The notes beneath the pieces are model-generated. The model made no database searches. It was not told the DNA's origin and worked only from the letters and a program-made list of their open reading frames with translations. Below, in pieces: positions 50,261 through 58,927 of a stretch of 58,927 bases of DNA (position 1 is its first letter; every line of letters starts with the position of its first letter). A program made the translations under genes and the position numbers. The DNA lies in the NCBI GenBank assembly GCA_000934665.2, contig KZ538613.1:1-58927 (forward strand), in the 5' to 3' direction. The stretch is from Catajapyx aquilonaris (taxonomy: Eukaryota).

Positions 50261-53200
50261 TTCCTTCTTTTACTACGACAGACAAGGAAAGCGCTGATTT
50301 GGCCGTCTTGGTAACGCCAGCTCGTTAAGTTAAAGCGATTCCCGGTAAGCTTCCAGAGCCCACTAGAAGTGTGTCAGCGTTACCAAGTAAATGGGTTGGT
50401 AATGTTTCCGAAGTGGGTGGCTCCTTCACGAACCAAGCAAGTCTGCCTTTCAGAGTGTGCTGAAGGAGGATCGGTGGGGTCTGGAGCCCCCCCATAGGTA
50501 TATATCTCCCAAGGAAAGGGGGAGGGGAAGACGGGCCACAAAAAAATGCACTATAACCAAGTGGAAGGTCCAAGGTCGGCTTCGGAAAACTGGCTTGCTT
50601 TTCCGTGGACTCTTTGTGGCGGAGGCGAAGTTTTAGTTGTGCGTTCGGCCACATGGGGGGTATTCGTATGCAAATGTGTAAGACATTGTGTGGGATATTG
50701 CTGAGATGGACGTAATAAACGGTGTAAAATCCGCGGTGTTTTTGATACGTCGCGTTTTAAGGGTGTAATGAAGTGTTTATGTTAGCTGCACGCGTTGGCA
50801 TTGCGTATTGACATATTAAGAGCAGGGGGTTGTAGGAAACGGACTTGTTTGGGCAGGGTACGATTAAGGTGGGGGGAAAACTCGGTTAGAGGTTTGCGTG
50901 CAGGTTGGCAAGTTGGGGTGTTTCCAGTGTGCATTGCCGCCCCGTAGTCTTCTTAACATCCATCTTGTTCTGAGGATCGATTTTGCAGATCGAATCCTCC
51001 GAGCCCCCATGTCCTCCCGAAAAGGAAGGATGGTTTTCCCCGAGAGGGATTGGCTCCCCCCAATATTTGATGTGCGATAACAACTCGATCCTTCAAGCCT
51101 GGGCCCGTCGCATTGCAGGAAAATGCATTGTTTCCGACAGTTTTTATGGTGTTTATTTCGTGCCACGAACGAAATAATGACGCAAGTGCATGTGTGCAAG
51201 TTGATAAAGAGGTCCAAGTTTCATAGCTGCGTAAATAACATTTTCTTGCCTGAACTATCTGTAACATTAGTGTTAGTTGCAAGTGCTTAATAGTGCAGTT
51301 CAAAACAATACCCACTTACAGTCTGGAGTGCACTGTATCGTAATTTATAGGATAATGGATCAAGTCTGGGATGCAGACATCTGTACTGTAACACCAAAAT
51401 CATTGTATTGTTTTGACGTGTACATTCAAGGGTGATGTAATTTAAGCCATATTTACACGACGCAATTTTGCAGCGCTAGAGGTCAACAAGCAAGATGTTC
51501 AATGAGTGACTGGCACGTGATACTGAGGATTAAATAAGAAGAAATAAAACTGGCGATAATTAAACTCCAGTAAGGACGGCCTCCGTTAATTTCTTGCGGG
51601 GAAATGAACGGAAAGGTGGATGAAGTAATTGTTGTCAATGAAGGAATTAATGACTTGATTTCCACGCAGGGGTGCCCGCCAAGTGATTAAAACGGCAGCA
51701 ATTAGTGACAAATGTAGGAAACTACATCGAGCGTCAAAGTCGGACGCCAAAAGTTGTAGCTCGATAATGATCTTTGGGATACGGCGACAAATGAAGGAAA
51801 ATGTCGCGCATCAAGCCGGATTCGCTTGGAAATTGCCATCTATACGTAGAACATGGCCTCAATTTTTTTTTTTTTTCCCTCCCCAGTTGTTTGATCCACC
51901 GTCTATTGCGAAGCCCCCCACTTTTTTTTTATCCTTTTCAAGTAGCAAGCGTAAATAGTTATTTCATGTTGTCATAAATGGACTTGACGGTGACAACCTT
52001 CGCGAAGGCCCTATGGGCTCTATGAGAAATGGTGGACTCCCCGCTTTTCCCCACCCGGGCTCTATCCACACCACCCTCTCCTCCTGGCCCCTCGGGGGGG
52101 AGGAAACTGCTGAATTCCACATGAATTATGGAGCGAAAATTTGCGAACCAGTTTAATGCGGACATCAACCGCTGTATCAGATGTCATTTTCCACGGAGCA
52201 TTTTATATGGTGTCAACGTATGTGAGGTCTTGATATTATTATTTTTTGAGGGGGGGGGGGGAGATATGAAGAATGATTATTAGTTTGCGAGGGAGATTAA
52301 TGGGAGTTGGCTTAGTGTAATTGGCGTGTGAGTAAACATTCCGGTCCTTCCTTCCTTTACTTGTCCAACGGTCCCCCTTGCCACACCTCAGCAAGGATCG
52401 ATCGACTGGACTCGAGGCAAATGTTGGCTTCTTGGGCCATCTAAGCAACAACAATAACGAGGGCACGGACCTGTACATGTACTGTATACATGCGAGGAAT
52501 ATCGGATGTGCGTATACTCGCTACGCTCGGCGGTGCGCTCGGGGGCGAAGCTCGCCCCCGCGCATCCACCCTGTTGGGATTCGTCCCCATTGCGTAACAT
52601 GCGTTATTGCTGCCAGCCAATTATGCTGCAGGCATATGATTTCTTAATAAAGCACCTAGAGCGTGGCACATAAATGATTTCCGAGTAACGCGAGCTTACA
52701 GCCTATATTTGATAGGCTAAACGTTAAAGTAGACTTAGCAGTTTGGAGGCGAGGCCGGACTTTTCATGACGCTGGGAAGTTTTTTGAGTGCTTGTTTACA
52801 GACGGGGGGCTTCCAGTATCGACCGCCCCGGCGCTCTCGGGCTGCACCTGATGATGCGTCTTATCCGAGCTTATCCCCCAGGCTTATTCTACTCGGTGTG
52901 AACGTTGCGTATTCGCACTTTTCAAGCGCCGGACATTAATTGGGAGGTCGCTGCCAGAAGTTTCCAGAATGAAATGCCAGGGGGACATGTCTGATTGCAA
53001 CAATCCCGCGTTTTGCTGGCGTGCTTTCAACTCGTTAGGTTAGAGCAAGGCTGCTCACGCAGTCATTATGTGTGAGTGTGTGTGTGTGTGCAGGGCATGG
53101 GATTTTAGCGAAAGGACTAACCTCGAATAAGCGAGCCTCCGGATGTTAGGTTGCTGGAATCAAGTTATAATAGTGTGGCTTTCAGGATTCAAATGCTGGG

Positions 53201-56190
53201 ATTTGTGTTACCCTGTACCTAGCTGTGTGTAATCAAGTTAATGATGTTTGGCTGGTGTAATTAACGTGAGCTATCCAGCAGAAGCGGGTGCGCAAATGAC
53301 CTGCTTAGGTCACATATAAGGAAGTGGTGTTTTGGGCACATCTTGCAGCGATCTACTCTCATTTTTTTTTTCCAAAAAAAAGGAGGTTCATAAATGCCGT
53401 TTTACTTTGCCAATATCGGCGGGGCCTGAAGGCACAAAAAGGACGTTGAAAAGCGACGCTGATGGCATGTCTCAAGTGACATTATCCGGGTCCCACAGCA
53501 AGTTTGGAACCGACAAGTTATGGGAGGCAAATGTGCCTCGGACTTAATCTGATGGCTGCGAAAGGTCAACATAAAAGCTGTGGCGCTGTTGACGATAAAT
53601 GGCTATGGGGCTACAGGGTTTCTAGTTTTTTTAAACCAACCCCACGCTGTTCCGATGGTTGAAGACGTTGCTTCAAATGTAGCAGGTTGCCCGATTGTAT
53701 AGGTTATCAGAAGCCAATTGCCGGCACTATGAGCTACATGACGGTGCGATGTACGAGGTCATTGCACTCGATATTTTAAAACGTTACTGCCGCTCAAGTG
53801 CAGCTGGAATTACGCTGACCTGCAATGCTTAAATTTGAATATAAAGCTGGACGAACACTAAAGGCGACCGTTGATGGATTGGTGGATTTATTTAATTAAT
53901 TGTAGTTACGGCAATGAAACTGATATGGGTTGTCCAAATATTTATTAATCGTCACATGGGGGGTATAATTGGCTGGAAATTACGTACACTCTGAAATTCA
54001 AATTCAAATGGAGTAAGGTATATTTTAAGTGGAAATTGGAGTAAATTTTGGCTCAAGTTTCGTTGTGATATGGGGTTATAAGCGTGCTCCTCGCGAAACA
54101 ACCTACAGGCGATGCAAGTAATGCAGGAAGTTGTTGCTGGAACCGCAAGAGAAAGTGAGGCCCATCATAACCGCTAAGTCACGTCGTGGTTTGCTTTCAT
54201 TACTACTTACGTCCTTCGAATAACCATTGGTTTACATGTTTTTACCAACTTTTATGCATTAGACGCGCGTTACACCCCGAAGTGACGTGTTTGTATTAAT
54301 AAGTTACACATTATCAACAGTGTTTTGAAATAAGTGTGGCGATAGCGGGGGTTTACGACAACGCATGTTACGTCGACGATATTTTCTAAAGTACATTGGG
54401 CAAAGCGGAAGACAAGCGGGCCGTAAATGTTGGCCACAAATATGAGTTTTCATTTAGGAGCCATTGAAAACGCGATTGGAGACCCCCCATTGACGTAATC
54501 TGAAACCTAAACGGCTCTTGGAATTGGTCTTTAGGCAGCGGAACAGGGTTCCCCAGAGCCGACTTTTTTTTCTCACATAAAGCACACATGCTCGTTCCTT
54601 TCTTTAGTGTCCGGAAAGCACGTGACCCACTGGCCCACGGGCCGGACGCGCGTGAATGACCGTGACGTAAGCACACATGGTCTTGTGAGCAACAAAAGTC
54701 GGGGGGTAACCTGGCTAAATATGCGATCCGGAAATATGTGACGTCACTCGAGATTAGGACGACTGGATACAAAGCTCGAAGTGCATCTCCAGGTCCACGC
54801 CATCTACTGGAGAAACTCCTAACTCGCCAGCAATATAGGCTGGGGGACCGTGTCAAAGCATATGAAAACGATAATTTTGAAAGAAATGCGGCGCTTATTA
54901 GCTAGGTGCGGTACGATAACCCCAGAGGTCTTCCTTTTTTTTAAAAAAAAAAAAAAGTTACAAGACTACATCATTACGATACAACAGCACGCCGGGGAAA
55001 AATATAGGCTTATTACGTATCTTTCCTAGGAAGCCCAACGCGATAGTGTAAGAGTTGAATACCAGCTCATTTGATACTGTAGTGTCCCAGATTAATTTCA
55101 GCGGCTGCCGGGGTAATTCCCAACCATCCAATCAAGCTTATAATCCGGGATAGGAGTCCAGTTATTAGTAAGCCAACGAGAAAAGCTCGTTGGGCTATCG
55201 GCAATCGTGCCCCCTATTCAAGCCTTGTAAATGCTGACAGTCATCATTTACTTTATTGCGGATCCCGGAGTTACCGACCTGTAAGGCACGTGCGAGTAAA
55301 TAGCAGTGGGAGGAGTCTGGAAGAACAAGGACGGTCCTGATTGGACGCAATTTTTTTTTAGACAAATAGTCGGATTCTTGGGATGTGATTAGGTTGTTTG
55401 TGATGTAATACGTATGTCGCTTAAAAAGATGCATTAAAGCCAAATGGGTTATTCGCCATGGGGGGGGGGGNNNGGGGTGGGGGGGGGGGGAAGTTGAATG
55501 GTATTTCCGGAGGTAGGACTGTCTTTGTCCATGGTCGAAGCTGGAATGCAGTCGGAAAAAATAATGCGGTTGGGATATTGGCGAGTTTATAGGCGGCGAG
55601 GAATTGTCTAGGTGTACGTATACCCCACATGTCGCCTGTAAATGCGGGTGTTATGAAACGACGTCTATACCATGGTATGCAAAGTGACGAGGCCTTGGGA
55701 GTAATTAGCTCAAAGACGCGAGACTCTGCAGCCGGGTAACAAAATCATTGCCGTACAAAATCCGTAAGTCACGTCTGTTGGAAAAAAGGGAACGGCCGGA
55801 AATCGGTGCTACGGCATGCATGCTGCATATTTCTAGAAAATGTAAAAAAAAATAAAAAAGGAGCCGCCTGAGGCATTGGCTCCTCCCAGGCCCACGCAAT
55901 TTCCACCTGATTTAGAGGCGGTCCTTTTGGATCAGCTCGCCTGATTCAGCATTCCAAACTCCCTTCGCACGTCTGATTCCCCCCCCCCTCATTCCTGTAG
56001 TAAAAAATGGTTTCTGAAATTATGCGTTTCAAGTGTTGCGTGATGTTGAAGGACCGCGTGTTCGTTAATGAAAAGTCTGTCATTCAAATATCTGGATATG
56101 CACGTAACGGTGAGTGTCACGTCTCCAGTGGGGTCCACAGCATTCCAGCAGCTGGCAGTGAAACAAACGCCGAAGGTTGATTAGGACGAA

Positions 56191-56597
56191 TTAGCCGGGA
56201 GTCGCGTCCACGTCCTGTCCGGAATCGACTTCCATAGTGCGCGCCGGCTCCATGGGAATTGGCCTAATGCGTGCCTGTACCCTCCCATCCCAAAAACTAG
56301 TGTGTTGTACCAACCCTCCAGGATTCTCCTCCACAAAATGGTATCGATCCCATGTTGCTACTATAGACTGTCACACACACACACACACACATTAAAAAAA
56401 AAAAAAGTGGTAGCCTGCAGCTGTATGCAGCCCATTTACCTGCTGGCTGGGGTTGTATGTAAACGAGGCTCTTTGTGTGGCTGAGATGACCAACGCCCGT
56501 GTTTGAGGTTTCGTCGTGAGGAGGTCACTGCACCGTTGCCCACTCCTCACTCACGTTCACTGTCGCCGGGGCCGGACGTGTTGAAATGGTCGGGCAT
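56191..56597 (-). CDS. Candidate small nested antisense three-exon gene, unknown product
   Basis: Exons 56555-56597, 56440-56480 and 56191-56367 with GT-AG introns of 74 and 72 nt give an 86-aa frame MPDHFNTSGPGDSEPTQRASFTYNPSQQSIVATWDRYHF...DVDATPG*. No family recognised; the frame is ambiguous. Confidence 0.25.
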
Positions 56598-58587
56598 GAA
56601 ACTTGAGGCTCATCCTGTTGGCCTGATATGCCGCTGGACGAAGGAACCGGGCTTGAGGTTGAAGGTCAACGTGTAGCTCGGTTTCCTCTACCGGCTGATT
56701 TACAGCTGGGCTGATTTTTTAATAAACAGGGCTTGTGGTGGGTGCACTTTTGGTGCACGCGGTGAGGGAACCCGTAGCGAGCGCCACCTGGCAGCGTGTG
56801 GAGCACCCTCTAGCGGAAGGTGTGTGTGTGGAGGTCGATGCAAACAAACATCGTTGACAGTATTGGGCATTGAGAATATTTGCGAGTCAATTAGGGTCAG
56901 GTGTTTCCAGAAAGATCGTGTAGGTTGGTTCCTTTTTGTGCGGTACTTCCTGCGTGCATGATGGCACGAGGTCATTATCTTGGGCTGCGCTCTTGTCATT
57001 TTCCGTCCACCGCTGAGCGTATCCGAGACGGGGGTGTCGTTAACCTTCCCGACGGGCCTTCCCGTTGGGACATTGCAGTCTTCGCCCAACTTCCAAAGGA
57101 GGGAAAGGCCGGACCCCCTTGTCTTTTTCACTTTACAGCCCAGAACAATAAAACCGGCCGGTGTGGTAGTTTTTTACCCAGACCTTTTTTTTAAAAGGGG
57201 GGTCTTTGCATAGCTGAACCCCATAAAGCGTAAGAAGTGGACCGCGTAGTGATTTACCATCTGACGCATCATATTATGAAACTTGGGTGTACCCTGCAAG
57301 TCCGGCGTACACTGGGTTGAAATTGAATGGAAGTAAATAGAGAGCAATGGAAAGGCCAATCGATGGGCAGCACTGCAGTGATCTCCACCGACGTCCATAT
57401 CAGGCACCGGACAGAACCGGTGCAAAATTCCATTTCGTCGCCGCATTTTGGTTACGGGGTTCATAAACAGGGAGGGTTGCTGGAGTGAACAATGTGTCCA
57501 CCCTAGGGGCTTGCGGGACCGAATTGTGGAGATGGGGGTATTGCACGCGATCCTTTTCTTTTCGAGCGGGACTTGATTAAGATATGCCTATTGCAGAACC
57601 CCTCCTGCGGCGACTTGGGGTGTGTTTGGTCGTCCTTGCCGATATATATGGGTAGATAAGCGGGGGTTGCATAATGTAGGAGGGTAAACATTACGTCACG
57701 GTTTGTTTACTCGGTGTTGTCTCGTATCAACAGGTACTTGCTGTCACCTATAACGGGACGTGGCAGTGCTGGCGTCTTGTTGATTGACTGAAGATGTGGT
57801 TGGTGCAGATTTTTTGGTGAATAATTTACGAGCATGATGTAACATGTCAGGAAAATAGGGGGCAAGGTGTTTACCTGTTAGCGTAGTGTGAAAAATTCTT
57901 ATGTATACAGCCGGCACAATCAGCAGCACACGGTGTTAATAAGTGGTCAAGCACATTGGACAGGGTATAAAACTGTCAAGACTTTTTAGTGTTAATGATG
58001 CGCATTGTTTAATTTCAGATATTGACCGCAGCGAGTCATCCCACCAACCTTGACCAATGAGCACTGATCGGGAAACCAGTCCAAGTGTCGTGTAGGTGCA
58101 GTACAATTCAACAGCTGGTGAGTACCTCATGTCCACACCAACCCCAGTAAATCTTCATCTAATCAGCGCACCGGACCCCCCATCACGCGGAATGTTTTGA
58201 TATTTTGTCAGATTACAAGAGACGATGTCACCCGGGTGCAGCCAGGCGTTACGTCATTTATCATGTCCTTTAGCCGGCAGCCACCTAAGGAAGAAAAAAA
58301 AACCAGTTTATTCCGCGATGTAACCGTTCGTGTGTGGGCAGCCATCGTCCGTAACCAGGGTGACCATAGTCCGGACTTGCCAGATTGGGTTTTCCTATCC
58401 GCATTCATGTAAGCCATTCCCCGGGTTTATAGGGAAAGGTAGTCGGAGGGTGACCGCAGGCGCTACCAGGTGACATGTCTTTCGCTCGGGGTTGGGGAAG
58501 CTGTAAATTGCGCTTGGCCTTCAAGCCTGGCTTTGCGCCATTTTCCTAGAGGATTTTGAGCCCGGAAAGACAGCGGGATAAATGAGC

Positions 58588-58765
58588 CAATTATTGTCAC
58601 CCAAAGGAGAAACACCCTATCTGCAACAAAATTAGTAAGGGTGAAAATCGCGTGCATGCCCTACACTAATCCCTATTGACTCAGAGGGGATTAGTGCACG
58701 CGACTTTCACCCTTACTAGTTTTTTTTGGGGAGATATGGTGTTTCTCCTTAGAACGGCAATATTG
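58588..58765. mobile_element. Fold-back / MITE-like palindromic element, copy 2
   Basis: AAGGAGAAACACC...AGTAAGGGTGAAAATCGCGTGCA pairs with TGCACGCGACTTTCACCCTTACT...GGTGTTTCTCCTT. Same arms and loop as copy 1. Confidence 0.75.
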
Positions 58766-58927
58766 CGGTACTCGGAGTCTGAGGAGCTACAGTCGCGTGC
58801 GCAGACACGGTCTGTCGTTCTCGTCATTTGCATAATGAATGGTAAGGGGGCAGGGTACGAGGCGGAGCTGTCCTCCCACACTCACATCGCACGAGTTGCA
58901 AAAATTCCTGCATGATGCCCTCCCCCC

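Noticed and set aside
4678..58927. Conserved bilaterian miRNAs in the long intron
   Set aside because: A by-eye scan for common mature sequences (let-7, miR-1, -2, -8, -9, -29, -34, -71, -100, -124, -277, bantam) found no match. The scan was not exhaustive.

Overview
Metazoan (probably invertebrate) genomic DNA, mostly intronic or non-coding. Nearly all ORFs in the supplied track are noise, and there is no prokaryotic system or CRISPR array. Well supported: a tRNA-Gln(TTG) gene with its Pol III terminator; a 328-nt tRNA-derived SINE flanked by a perfect 14-bp target-site duplication; a promoter with four GTGACGTCAC (CRE) palindromes; two copies of a fold-back (MITE-like) element; several tandem repeats; and two assembly gaps. 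Inferred: that promoter drives a large + strand gene with small, uORF-containing 5' exons (about 4.0-4.7 kb) and a distant 44-nt exon ending in ATG (43.55 kb). Its coding body is not identifiable here. Nested antisense in the long intron is a six-exon, frame-consistent gene resembling the ciliary protein CFAP77. A tandem duplication carries ERSE-type CCAAT-N9-CCACG motifs, and there are several weaker candidate nested genes. All protein-family calls come from motif recognition by eye, not database searches.
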